A DNA stretch of 64,000 nucleotides from Candidatus Aenigmatarchaeota archaeon (lineage in GTDB: Archaea > Aenigmatarchaeota > Aenigmatarchaeia > Aenigmatarchaeales > JACQIB01): assembly GCA_016198755.1 (NCBI GenBank), contig JACQIB010000002.1, positions 1 to 64,000 of the forward strand, read 5' to 3'. Positions 26,601-36,809 of the stretch are shown piece by piece. The notes under the pieces were generated by a model. The model saw nothing but the letters and a program-made list of their open reading frames with translations. It was not told the DNA's origin and made no database searches. Numbering within the stretch: position 1 is the first letter of the stretch; every line of letters starts with the position of its first letter. A program made the position numbers and the translations under genes.

Positions 26601-27575
26601 ATGAAAATTGCGGTTGTAGGTTCAAACACTATAGGAGCGTATATAGCAAGAAAGCTCTCAGAATCAGGCAATTCTGTGGATTTGTTCGAAAGAAAACCAC
26701 ATATAGGCAAGGAAGCCTGTTCAGGATTGTTCTCAGAAAGGATATGGAAGTACTTTCCAGAGAAAGTTTCTATTGTTAAAAATACAATAACCTCAGCAAC
26801 AGTCCACTTCCCAAAGAAAACAATGAAACTTGATCTAAGCCCTAAAATGCTGGTTTTTCACCGCGGTGATTTTGATTCTTATGCTACAGATTTAGCTGTG
26901 AAAGCAGGAGCAAAACTCCATTTAGGAGCATTTGCAAAGCTAAAATCACATGATAAAAATTTAGTTACTCTTGAAACAGATAAAAAAGAAATGGAATTTG
27001 ATTACCTCATAGCATGTGATGGCTCAGTTTCCACCATAAGACGCGAACTGAAACTTCCGGATCCGCATTTCAGGCTCGGAATATTTTTTTATAAGCCGGA
27101 AGAAAGCAACTCAAGCTTTTTTGATGTTTGGCCCACAAAAAAAGGTTTTATATGGAAACTGCCACGCGGTAAAACAACAGAATATGGCATAATAGAGGAG
27201 CCTGACACTGCCAGAAAGCTGTTTGATGTGTTTTGCGATAAAAATAGTATAAAACAGGAGAAATTGATATCAGCTATAATTCCAATGGGTCTTGTGAAGC
27301 CATTTTATGGCAGAATAGCTCTATGCGGAGATTCTATTGGACTGACAAAACCATGGTCCGGCGGAGGTGTTTTGTGGGGTCTAATAGCAGCAGATATACT
27401 AGTCAAAACCTTCCCAGACTTTAACATGTATCAAAAACAGCTAAAAAGCCTATTTTCCATGCGTATAGCCCGTTCAAACCTTTTACTAAAAGCCTTCCCT
27501 CTTGTACCTTACTTACAATATTTTGCACCAGCTCAAATACATTTCGATGCAGACTGGGGACCAAAACCATTTTAG
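26601..27575 (+). CDS. Geranylgeranyl reductase-family flavoprotein
   Basis: N-terminal Rossmann fold, ACSGLFS, ACDGSVS, GDSIGLTKPWSGGG. Confidence 0.8.
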   Translation: MKIAVVGSNTIGAYIARKLSESGNSVDLFERKPHIGKEACSGLFSERIWKYFPEKVSIVKNTITSATVHFPKKTMKLDLSPKMLVFHRGDFDSYATDLAVKAGAKLHLGAFAKLKSHDKNLVTLETDKKEMEFDYLIACDGSVSTIRRELKLPDPHFRLGIFFYKPEESNSSFFDVWPTKKGFIWKLPRGKTTEYGIIEEPDTARKLFDVFCDKNSIKQEKLISAIIPMGLVKPFYGRIALCGDSIGLTKPWSGGGVLWGLIAADILVKTFPDFNMYQKQLKSLFSMRIARSNLLLKAFPLVPYLQYFAPAQIHFDADWGPKPF

Positions 27576-27614
27576 ACCCCATACCCGAAGTACAGAGCAT
27601 TTAAATACCTTATT

Positions 27615-28523
27615 ATGCTCACTAAACACATGCCCGAAATAAAAACTGCTGTTATACCGGCTGCAGGTTTTGGAGTCAGATTTTTACCTGCTACAATGGA
27701 AGTTCCAAAGGAGATGCTATGTGTCGTAGACAGACCTATAATACATCATGTAGTAGATGAAGCAATGAAATCCGGAATAGAAAACTTCATTGTCATAGGC
27801 GGCAGGGGAAAAGAAAGCCTAACTAGATACTTTAATATTCATCCAGAACTTGAGCAGCATTTAGAAAGGAAAAATAATACAGAAGAACTAAAAAATGTAA
27901 AGGCAATAGGCGATCTTTCAGACAGATTCACTTTCGTAACTCAAAAGGAGCCAAAAGGCCTTGGGCATGCTATAAGCTGTGCAAAAAAGGCAGTCCAAAA
28001 TGAGAGCGCATTTACAGTTTTACTCGGCGATACTATATACAGCTCAGACAATATACCGGTAACAAAGCAATGTATAGAAGCTTTCAAAAAATACGGAAAA
28101 CCCATAATAGCAGTTGAAAAGGTAAAGAAAGATGACGTTAATAGATATGGTATAGTTGGAATGGAGCCAATAACAGGCAGTATTGGGAAAGTAACAAAGT
28201 TTGTCGAAAAACCTTCCCCAGAAACTGCTCCCACATTTAACGGTGAATTTTATGGAATAACAGGAACCTACATACTAACACCATCCATATTTGAACATCT
28301 GGAAAAAGTGCAGCCAGGAACAGGGGGCGAAATACAGCTTACTGATGCTTTAGCTGAGTTATCAAAACAAACTGACATATATTATCTTATAATAGACGGT
28401 GAGAGGTTTGATGTTTCAAATCCAACAGAACTTGTTAAAGTTTCATTGAGGTTGGCAATGAAAGATAAAAAAATGCGCAGCGAAATTTTAAACCTATTAT
28501 CAGATCTTAAGCTAACTTCTTAA
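27615..28523 (+). CDS. galU: UTP-glucose-1-phosphate uridylyltransferase
   Basis: AVIPAAGFGVRFLPAT...PKEML, QKEPKGLGHA, GEIQLTDA. Confidence 0.92.
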   Translation: MLTKHMPEIKTAVIPAAGFGVRFLPATMEVPKEMLCVVDRPIIHHVVDEAMKSGIENFIVIGGRGKESLTRYFNIHPELEQHLERKNNTEELKNVKAIGDLSDRFTFVTQKEPKGLGHAISCAKKAVQNESAFTVLLGDTIYSSDNIPVTKQCIEAFKKYGKPIIAVEKVKKDDVNRYGIVGMEPITGSIGKVTKFVEKPSPETAPTFNGEFYGITGTYILTPSIFEHLEKVQPGTGGEIQLTDALAELSKQTDIYYLIIDGERFDVSNPTELVKVSLRLAMKDKKMRSEILNLLSDLKLTS

Positions 28524-28546
28524 ATCTATAATTGTATTGATTTACC

Positions 28547-29671
28547 ATGAACATACTATTCGTACTTGAATATTTCCCCCCGCACATAGGCGGAGTCGAA
28601 AAGTTTTTTGACAACCTTTCAAAAGAGCTTGCAAAGCGCGGCCACTCAGTAAGTATTTACACAACACTTGTCCCAAATTCAGAAAGATACGAAGAATCCG
28701 AAGGAAGAAAGATATACAGGCAGCCTACACTCTCCCGCCATACATTCCCGCTCCGCGGCTTTGTTCCTATAGCCAAACTTGCAAAGCATGCAGACATAAT
28801 ACACACAACAACATACTCTGCCGCAGGTTCAACAGCATTATCAAGGATTTTCACATCAAAACCAACAGTTATTACAGTACATGAGATATGGGACAGACTA
28901 TGGTTTGAGTTTGAAAACCCAATATCTGCTGCAGTAAATTGGTTTTTAGAAACAATGATATGCATGGTTTTCAAAAAATCTTTTATAACATGTCCAAGCG
29001 AATATACAAAAATTGCTCTGATAAAGAAAAATGTACCTGAGAAAAATATAACTGTTATACCGCATGGTGTAGAGCACCAATTCTACCATTCCGGAGTAAA
29101 ACCATCTTATAACTGGGGGTTTCCAACATACTTCTATATGGGCAGGCCAGGAATATCAAAGGGAATTGAGTATCTGCTTAAAGCAGTACCGCTTATAACC
29201 AAGGAGATACCAGAAGCAAAACTTGTTATGAGGATGGGAAAAAGCCCCAAATCTATGTACACAAAATATATACAAATGATAAAGGATCTTGGAATAGAAA
29301 AAAACGTGGTTTTATTGGAGCCCATATACGACCAGAAAACAAATGCAGAAACATTCCGTTCAGTGGATTGTGTCTGCGTTCCTAGCCTTTCAGAAGGATT
29401 TTGTTTTTCTGCAGTAGAAGCACAGGCATGCGGAATACCCGTTATAGCCAGCCTCGCAGGAAGCTTACCAGAAGTTGTTGGTGGCGGAAGATTCGTTCCA
29501 CCAAGAAGTTCTGAAGCAATAGCAAAGGAAGTAGTAAGTTTATTGAAAGATGATCCTGAGAGAAAGGTTCTTGGAAAGGCAGGAGCGGATTTTGTTAAAA
29601 GGTTTACATGGGAATATTCAATTAAACAGTATATAACACTTTATGAAAAGATGATGGGTGAGAAAATATGA
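28547..29671 (+). CDS. GT4 glycosyltransferase
   Basis: PPHIGGVE; PSLSEGFCFSAVEAQACG. Confidence 0.9.
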   Translation: MNILFVLEYFPPHIGGVEKFFDNLSKELAKRGHSVSIYTTLVPNSERYEESEGRKIYRQPTLSRHTFPLRGFVPIAKLAKHADIIHTTTYSAAGSTALSRIFTSKPTVITVHEIWDRLWFEFENPISAAVNWFLETMICMVFKKSFITCPSEYTKIALIKKNVPEKNITVIPHGVEHQFYHSGVKPSYNWGFPTYFYMGRPGISKGIEYLLKAVPLITKEIPEAKLVMRMGKSPKSMYTKYIQMIKDLGIEKNVVLLEPIYDQKTNAETFRSVDCVCVPSLSEGFCFSAVEAQACGIPVIASLAGSLPEVVGGGRFVPPRSSEAIAKEVVSLLKDDPERKVLGKAGADFVKRFTWEYSIKQYITLYEKMMGEKI

Positions 29672-30603
29672 AATATAAAATAATTTCAATGGTTGTTGCT
29701 ATTGCAATATTGGCAGGATGGATATACTTTTCAGGTCCTGAAAAAATACTGGAAAACATATTGCGCGCAGATTACAGATTCCTTTTGCTCGGGATAGTAA
29801 TAAGCACAGGGCTTGTAGCACTAAGAGTTTACAGGTGGCAGTTTCTGCTTAAACGCAGCGGAATAAAACTTGGATTTTTTGATGTTGCCCCATCTTTCAT
29901 GGCTGGTTTGCTGATAAGCAACCTTACACCAGGAAAGATTGGAGAACCTGCAAGGAACCTCTTTCTTAGCAGATCAAAATCCGTTCCAATAACAGAAAGC
30001 ATATCCACAGTAATATTGGAAAGGGCAGTTGACATAATTTCTATAATGATATTCTCAGTGCTGGGTATACTTACCTATGGAATATTCATAGCCAAAAGCG
30101 GCACAACAATAGCAGCTGTGGTTTCAATATACATCGCAGGTATAGCAGCCGTATTTTTTCTTGCGTCTTCCAAAAACAGAATGAACAAAATATTTTCAAT
30201 ATTCCCATTCAACAGGGTAATAAAAGATCCTCAAAAAGCATCGGAAGCAATATCAAAAAGCTTCAATTCCCTAAAAGACTGGAATCTGGTTCTTCCGTTA
30301 TTGGGTATGTCACTGTTAGTATGGTTTATAGAAGCAATAATACTCTATCTCGCATTTTCTTCGTTGGGTGCTGATGTTCCATTTATGTTTTTGCTTTCTG
30401 CATTTTGCATAGCAATCTTAGCCAGTATATTGAGTTCCCTTCCAGGAGGCATAGGTTCCATGGAAGTTATACTAACATTCTTTATAACGGCTGTAGTTTC
30501 TATACCAGTTTCAACTATATCTTCTGCAATACTCCTAGAGAGATTAATTGCACTCTGGTACAACCTTTTACTGGGTGCAATTTCCTTCAAGTTTTTGAAG
30601 TGA
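29668..30603 (+). CDS. Lysylphosphatidylglycerol-synthase-TM / flippase-like membrane protein (UPF0104)
   Basis: RVYRWQFLL, NLTPGKIGE, ERAVD, LPGGIGSME. Confidence 0.87.
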   Translation: MKYKIISMVVAIAILAGWIYFSGPEKILENILRADYRFLLLGIVISTGLVALRVYRWQFLLKRSGIKLGFFDVAPSFMAGLLISNLTPGKIGEPARNLFLSRSKSVPITESISTVILERAVDIISIMIFSVLGILTYGIFIAKSGTTIAAVVSIYIAGIAAVFFLASSKNRMNKIFSIFPFNRVIKDPQKASEAISKSFNSLKDWNLVLPLLGMSLLVWFIEAIILYLAFSSLGADVPFMFLLSAFCIAILASILSSLPGGIGSMEVILTFFITAVVSIPVSTISSAILLERLIALWYNLLLGAISFKFLK

Positions 30604-30604
30604 T

Positions 30605-31927
30605 ATGATGGACAAACATTTAATAATAGTTATTCTTCTGAATCTGTTAATTATAGTTTCTGTATTTTCTTCATTCTATCCTGTTGGTTCGGATGAAGCT
30701 TTTTATGCAAACACAGCGCGCGATCTTTTGGCAGGAAAAGGCTATACAGGCAACATAATTGCCCCAGGGTTTTCCTATATACTATCTGTATTTTATGTTT
30801 TATTTGGCCAGAATGGTGTTGCAGAACGATTAATTGCTCCAATATTCACGATGCTATCTTCCATAGTTCTATATTTTCTTTCAAGGCGTCATTTAGAAGG
30901 CAAATGGTCTCTGTTATCTGTTATATTGTTTTTCACACTTCCACTAACAATACTTTTAAGCAGCAGGATGCTCACAGAGCCTGTTGCAATGTTTTTCTTT
31001 TTATTATCTCTTTACTTCTTTTCAAAATATACAGAAGGAAAAAACATAAACCTTATACCAGCAGCCATTTTCGCAGCAATAGCAGTCCTAATACGATATC
31101 CATCCGTACTTTTAATTGGAATATTTGCAATATATTTTGTTATTAACAGAAACAAAATCATACCTCTGCTAAAAGACAAGATATTTTATTTAGCAATTTT
31201 AGCCGGAATATTGGTTATTTCTCCCCTCCTTTTCCTCAGCCAAATAAATTATGCTTCACCATTACATATGATTTCAGCAGCTTTCACATCTTACTATACA
31301 AGCACAGGATTTAACCCCTTATTTTATTTACTCACTTTTCCATTGGTTTCCGCAGGATTATTTCCACTATTTATTTTGTCCATATATTCAGTTTACAGAA
31401 CAAGAGACAGGCGATATTTGTGGCTTATATTATCCGTTGCTTTTCTTGTTCTATATAGATCACTATTCCTTCCTATCCATGAAGAGCGATATTTGGTAGA
31501 CATTTTACCTTTTATATCCATACTTTCTGTTCTACCACTTATTCACCTTCAAAAATATATTAAAAAGTCATTTATGTTGCCAATTTTGTTAAGTATTATA
31601 ATCTTATTTAACACAATTTTCGGCATATTCATTTCAGATTATTATCATTCACTTCCGAGATATACAGAAGTGAAGTCTGGAATAGAATGGACAGAAAAAA
31701 ACTGTTCTGGACAGGATATTTTCACAAATGCTGCGCGTCATTACAAGTACTATACAGGCAAGGATGTGGAGGTTTTGAATTTAGATAAAATAAAGGTTTC
31801 TAAAAGCTATTGTTTGCTGTATACTTCATATGAGGGTAGCATAGGTTATATTGAAGAGTTTCTTAAAGGCAAAACACCATCAGTCAAGTTTGGTCAGGTA
31901 GAGATTTTCAGGGAGATAAACCAGTAG
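30605..31927 (+). CDS. GT-C fold (ArnT/PMT-like) membrane glycosyltransferase
   Basis: DEAFY in first loop; polytopic; EERYL. Confidence 0.8.
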   Translation: MMDKHLIIVILLNLLIIVSVFSSFYPVGSDEAFYANTARDLLAGKGYTGNIIAPGFSYILSVFYVLFGQNGVAERLIAPIFTMLSSIVLYFLSRRHLEGKWSLLSVILFFTLPLTILLSSRMLTEPVAMFFFLLSLYFFSKYTEGKNINLIPAAIFAAIAVLIRYPSVLLIGIFAIYFVINRNKIIPLLKDKIFYLAILAGILVISPLLFLSQINYASPLHMISAAFTSYYTSTGFNPLFYLLTFPLVSAGLFPLFILSIYSVYRTRDRRYLWLILSVAFLVLYRSLFLPIHEERYLVDILPFISILSVLPLIHLQKYIKKSFMLPILLSIIILFNTIFGIFISDYYHSLPRYTEVKSGIEWTEKNCSGQDIFTNAARHYKYYTGKDVEVLNLDKIKVSKSYCLLYTSYEGSIGYIEEFLKGKTPSVKFGQVEIFREINQ

Positions 31928-31975
31928 TACATTAAAGCTTTTAAAGCTTGTGAATTTCTATTTAAGAAGAGACAT

Positions 31976-32530
31976 ATGGAAAGTTCAAAGTTATCAAAAA
32001 CAGCCATAATAGGTGCAGATGTAAAGCTTGGAGACAGTGTTATTGTGAGTGATTTTGCAGTTTTAGCAGGAGCTGCAAAAATAGGCAATGGCGCAAATAT
32101 ATGGAGATATGCAAATCTATATGGATGTGAGATAGGTGACGGGACAAAAATAGGCACCTATGTTGAGGTACAGAAGGGTGCAATAATAGGAAAGAACTGC
32201 AAAATATCTACCCATTCATTTGTGTGTGAAGGCGTAAAAATTGAAGACGATGTATTTATTGGACATGGAGTAATGTTCATAAACGACAACTATCCGCGTG
32301 CTGTTAACAAGGACGGAAAAATGGAAACGGATTCTGATTGGATGGGAGAGCGGCTGTTATGTACTACAGTAAAGAAAAGCGCATCTATAGGTTCAAATGC
32401 AACAATTCTCGGCGGGGTTACAATAGGCGAAGGAGCTATTGTGGGTGCTGGTGCTGTTGTAACTGAAGATGTTCCGGATTTTACAGTTGTGGCTGGTGTG
32501 CCAGCAAAAATTTTAAGGAAGATAAAGTGA
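31976..32530 (+). CDS. Hexapeptide-repeat sugar N-acetyltransferase (WbpD/WlbB-like)
   Basis: Left-handed beta-helix repeats; [12 protein letters not shown]; VAGVPAK. Confidence 0.88.
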   Translation: MESSKLSKTAIIGADVKLGDSVIVSDFAVLAGAAKIGNGANIWRYANLYGCEIGDGTKIGTYVEVQKGAIIGKNCKISTHSFVCEGVKIEDDVFIGHGVMFINDNYPRAVNKDGKMETDSDWMGERLLCTTVKKSASIGSNATILGGVTIGEGAIVGAGAVVTEDVPDFTVVAGVPAKILRKIK

Positions 32531-32534
32531 TATT

Positions 32535-33638
32535 ATGGACTATAAAATACCCCTAATGAAGCACGTTGTAAATGACGAAATGAAAGAAGCCGTTTTGCAG
32601 ATTTTGGAAGAACAAAAACCATTGGTTTTCGGTGATGAAGTATTCAAATTTGAAGAAGAGTTTGCAAGGTACATAGGCACAAAATACGCTGTTTCATTAA
32701 GTTCGGGAACAGATGCACTTAATCTTTCTGTAATAGCCTTAGGAGTTAAACAAAAAGATAAAGTTATAACAACTACAAATTCTTTCATAGCTTCTGCAAA
32801 TTGCATACAGCTTGCCGGTGCTGTACCAGTCCTTACAGACATAGAACCTAACACAGGTAATATAGACATTAAAAAAATGAAAACCAATGGAGCTAAAGGT
32901 ATAATACCTGTGCATTTGTATGGAAACCCCTGTAAGATTGAAGACATAATCAATATTGCGAAAGAAGAGGGAATGTTTGTAATAGAGGATGCATGTCAGT
33001 CCCATGGGTCTGCTATAAATGGAAAAAAACTTGGTTCTTTTGGTGACATAGCCTGTTTTTCTTTCTACCCCTCCAAAAACATAACTGTTGGAGGCGATGG
33101 TGGTATTGTTACTACAAATAATGATGATTTAGCAAATAAAATAGCTTCCCTTAGGGACGGCGGAAGAGAAACCAAAGGAACAAAGCGATCATCCCACTAC
33201 ATCCATACTGAAATAGGCATAAATGCAAGGCTCAACACAATAAACGCTGCAATAGGCAGGATACAGCTAAAGCATTTGGATGAATGGAATAATGAGAGGA
33301 GAAAGATTGCAGGACTTTACTCAAAATTTCTTCCGAAAGAAGTGCTTCTAAACACAGCTTCAGGTTCCTGTTTTTATATGTTTGCAATTAAAACTCCACT
33401 TAGGGACAAAGTAATGGCTCATTTAGCAGAAAATGGAATAAAGAGCGGTATACACTATCCAATACCAATCCATCTCCAGCCAATATATATGCGTTTATAC
33501 GGCTACAAAAAAGGTGATTTTCCAATTGCTGAACAATTCTGCAGCCAGATACTATCTATTCCACTCTTCCATGGTATAACTGAAGAACAAATAAAAATTG
33601 TTGCAGAAAAAATAAATGAGGTACTTGAAAATGCTTGA
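32535..33638 (+). CDS. DegT/DnrJ/EryC1/StrS aminotransferase (WbpE-like)
   Basis: PVHLYG, IEDACQSHG, FSFYPSKN. Confidence 0.92.
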   Translation: MDYKIPLMKHVVNDEMKEAVLQILEEQKPLVFGDEVFKFEEEFARYIGTKYAVSLSSGTDALNLSVIALGVKQKDKVITTTNSFIASANCIQLAGAVPVLTDIEPNTGNIDIKKMKTNGAKGIIPVHLYGNPCKIEDIINIAKEEGMFVIEDACQSHGSAINGKKLGSFGDIACFSFYPSKNITVGGDGGIVTTNNDDLANKIASLRDGGRETKGTKRSSHYIHTEIGINARLNTINAAIGRIQLKHLDEWNNERRKIAGLYSKFLPKEVLLNTASGSCFYMFAIKTPLRDKVMAHLAENGIKSGIHYPIPIHLQPIYMRLYGYKKGDFPIAEQFCSQILSIPLFHGITEEQIKIVAEKINEVLENA

Positions 33639-34554
33639 GAAAAGACTAATAGGTGTTATAGGAGCCGGCAGGCAGGGACAGAATCATATAAGAGATATCA
33701 TATCACTTGGATGTGATGTTATAGCAGCCGATATAAACGAAGCGACTTTGAAGCAGGCCAAAGAGAAGTTTAATTGCCAGACAACAATGGATTATAAGGA
33801 AATACTCAATAATACCAATATAACAGCTGTTAGCATATGCGCTCCAAACAGCGAACACTATAAGATAGCAAAAGAAGCGTTGGAAAGCGGAAAGAATATT
33901 TTAATAGAAAAACCAATGGCAGATACTTACTCTGATGCAAAATCCCTTATAGAAATATCCAAAAAAGCAGGCAAAAGTATTTGTGTAGGTCATGTTTTCA
34001 GGTTTAATGATGCCATAGTTGAATTAAAAAGACTTGTAGAACAGAAATATTTCGGAGATAATATATTTTTCATAAAGTTTGTATGGAACAATCTTGAGCC
34101 TATATGGAACAGGGACATAATTTTTGACTTAGCATCACATCCATACGACATATTACACTTTATTTTCAATAAAACACTTGAAAATCCCAGTTTTATAGGG
34201 GCTCCATGCAGAAGGGAAACTGGAAATGAAGTCGCCTTTATAACAGGTAACATAGGTAAAACCCTAGTCAGTATGGATTTAAGCTGGGTTTTTCCTGAAA
34301 AAATAAGGCAAATAGTTATTGTTGGGTCAGAAAAAGCAGCAACAATAGGGTGTGTGGAGCAAACAATAGACATTTATGATTTCAAAACAAAGTCAAAAAC
34401 AAGACTCTGGCATGAAGCAAACAATGCACTGCGTGCAGAGCTTGCCCACTTCATAAACATAGCTTATGCAAATATTCCAACACACAGTTCCGGAGAAGTT
34501 GGAGCAGAAATTGTAAAGTCACTTGAAGAGCTTAGGGAACTGTCTAAGAAATAA
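33631..34554 (+). CDS. Gfo/Idh/MocA oxidoreductase (WbpB-like)
   Basis: GVIGAGRQG, LIEKPMA, VGHVFRFN, DLASH. Confidence 0.88.
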   Translation: MLEKRLIGVIGAGRQGQNHIRDIISLGCDVIAADINEATLKQAKEKFNCQTTMDYKEILNNTNITAVSICAPNSEHYKIAKEALESGKNILIEKPMADTYSDAKSLIEISKKAGKSICVGHVFRFNDAIVELKRLVEQKYFGDNIFFIKFVWNNLEPIWNRDIIFDLASHPYDILHFIFNKTLENPSFIGAPCRRETGNEVAFITGNIGKTLVSMDLSWVFPEKIRQIVIVGSEKAATIGCVEQTIDIYDFKTKSKTRLWHEANNALRAELAHFINIAYANIPTHSSGEVGAEIVKSLEELRELSKK

Positions 34555-35650
34555 TATCCCTATAAATCCCAATTGTATTTTTTGTTATATTTTCCCACTC
34601 ATAATGTTTCATTGCCAGTTCTCTGCAGTTTCTAAATCTTTCAGGCGCATCTAAAACTTCCTTAATTGCATCTACCAAGTTCCCGTTTGGTATTGTGCCA
34701 ATTCCTGTCCATTCATCATTTGGAAAGTGAATGAGATTGGTGCTAACCATTGGGGTTCCACATGCTGCAGCTTCAACAGGCGCAATGCCTATTCCGCCCC
34801 ACTTCGCAATCATATCTGTTGCGTTTAAAATATAGGCATCAACAGCGCTATAATAAAGCGGCATCTGCTCCCTCGGAACAGGAGCCAGCGCTATTCCCCC
34901 CATCCTTTTTACTTCACTGAACATTTCATTTTCCCCCCTATCTATAAGCAACATATCAACATCGAATTTTTCTTTCAAAACTTTAACAGCATCCAGCATT
35001 TCTCTCCATTTTATTTTATAAGGAGCTCCAACATAGAGCAGCAATTTTTTATCTTGCGGCAAATTAAGTATTTTCCTAGCATGTTTTCTTTCTGTTGGCT
35101 GACAAAAATTAAAGTCCACACCCATTCCCTGGAGCAAAACTCTTTCTTTTGGCAATATTCTAGAAATATATTCTATCTCAGCCTTTGAAACTGCCAAAAC
35201 TTTTCTTACTTTTTTAAGTGTAAAAGGTTCGAAAAAAGTCTTTATTCTTGGAAACGGAGACTCTCCATGATGCTGTATAACTACAGGAAGAGAAGAAAAT
35301 ATTTTTGAGATAAGGCTTACAAAAGGATAATGGAGTCCATGAAGATGAAGAATTACCTTTTCCTGCTTTGAAACTCTTTTTATTTCCCTTAAAAGAGGTA
35401 GCGATATTTCATACCCAGAACGCAATGCAAAGGAAGGAAAAATTTTAAAAGTTATTCCACTCCCCTCCTTTATTTCCATGTTTTTAAAGCTTTTTTCTGG
35501 TGTAAAACACTCTATATCAAATTCATTCGTTTCTTTAAGAACCCTTTTTCCAACTCTTGCAGCCCAACTCTCGAATATTCCAATTTCCAGCCGTTCTTTC
35601 GGAAGGGCAAAAGATAATGAATGGTGTACTACATGTATAACTTTTGTCAA
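34544..35650 (-). CDS. GT4 glycosyltransferase
   Basis: GIGIAPVEAAACGTP; GT-B layout. Confidence 0.82.
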   Translation of the reverse strand: MTKVIHVVHHSLSFALPKERLEIGIFESWAARVGKRVLKETNEFDIECFTPEKSFKNMEIKEGSGITFKIFPSFALRSGYEISLPLLREIKRVSKQEKVILHLHGLHYPFVSLISKIFSSLPVVIQHHGESPFPRIKTFFEPFTLKKVRKVLAVSKAEIEYISRILPKERVLLQGMGVDFNFCQPTERKHARKILNLPQDKKLLLYVGAPYKIKWREMLDAVKVLKEKFDVDMLLIDRGENEMFSEVKRMGGIALAPVPREQMPLYYSAVDAYILNATDMIAKWGGIGIAPVEAAACGTPMVSTNLIHFPNDEWTGIGTIPNGNLVDAIKEVLDAPERFRNCRELAMKHYEWENITKNTIGIYRDIIS

Positions 35651-36699
35651 TTATGCACACCAGCCAATGGGCAGCCTGTGCAGTTTGGAGGGACACCTCC
35701 AGAAGCCAGATGCTTTCTAAAGGAAACAACCTGCCGGCTGTTTTTTAATTCTGAATAAGGAGTTTCAAGTACATTACCAAAATTAAAAGTCCTCGGATCA
35801 GGATTTACACAACAAGTCGCAATATACCCATCTGCAGTTATGAAAGGTCCCTGCCATGGATATCCACACACTCCCTTCGGAACATCCCTAGCAAACTCGA
35901 AACCCAATCCATACGACTTTGCAAGAGCTTCGGCTTCCTCTACAGCCTTATCATCTACTTTTATAGCCAAGGCGGAATGAAGTTCTTCCTTACCTGTGAA
36001 GTTTGGGTTTACAACACCTATACTCAATGTACTTACACCCAAGCCGTGAGCAAGATTCACTATTTCTTTCATTTGATGTGCATTCTTTTTCATTAAAACA
36101 AAACCCAAATGAACTATTATTTTACTTCCATATCTTTTTTTTGTCTCTACAAGAGTCTTAATATTAGCAAGTACCTTATCGTAATCAGCACCAGCCCTTA
36201 TGGAGTTATAAGTTTCCTTTGTAGCACCATCAAATGATATGGCAACTTTATCTATCCCAGAGTTTACAAACTTTTCACAAACTTCCCTGTTTAGAAGGGT
36301 TCCATTGGAAATTACGAAAATAAAATCAACTTTTTTCACATTTTTTGCATGATCCACTATCCTGAAAAAGTCCTTATTCATTATGCCTTCACCCAGACCA
36401 GTGAAAATTATGTTATTAAGGTACTTGAACTGTCCTATAATTTTCAAATACCTGTCAAAAGTAAGGTCCTGTATCCTCTGTTCATCATAATAAGTTCTTT
36501 TGCACATTGTGCATCGCAAGTTGCACTTTCCAGTAGGTTCAAGTTGTACTGTTATCGGTTCCCCCATAATTTTATCTTTATTTAATTTTAATGTCAGTCC
36601 ATAAAGTAGCATGTTATAAACTCCGGATATACCGTTCTTTAGAAGGCTCCTTTCCATAAGGAATTTTATTCTAGAGAACTTTGCGGTTATTTTTATCAT
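35647..36699 (-). CDS. Radical SAM/SPASM-type protein
   Basis: CNLRCTMC; ISFDGA...YNSIR; C-terminal CGYPW...CC...CTGC. Confidence 0.88.
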   Translation of the reverse strand: MIKITAKFSRIKFLMERSLLKNGISGVYNMLLYGLTLKLNKDKIMGEPITVQLEPTGKCNLRCTMCKRTYYDEQRIQDLTFDRYLKIIGQFKYLNNIIFTGLGEGIMNKDFFRIVDHAKNVKKVDFIFVISNGTLLNREVCEKFVNSGIDKVAISFDGATKETYNSIRAGADYDKVLANIKTLVETKKRYGSKIIVHLGFVLMKKNAHQMKEIVNLAHGLGVSTLSIGVVNPNFTGKEELHSALAIKVDDKAVEEAEALAKSYGLGFEFARDVPKGVCGYPWQGPFITADGYIATCCVNPDPRTFNFGNVLETPYSELKNSRQVVSFRKHLASGGVPPNCTGCPLAGVHN

Positions 36700-36809
36700 A
36701 CTATCTCCATGTTCATAACCTTTTAAATACCTTTCTACCGTTAGTTTTATAAAACATATGTATTTGTGGTTCATTCGTACCACATACAGTAAAATTAAAT
36801 AGTGATAAA

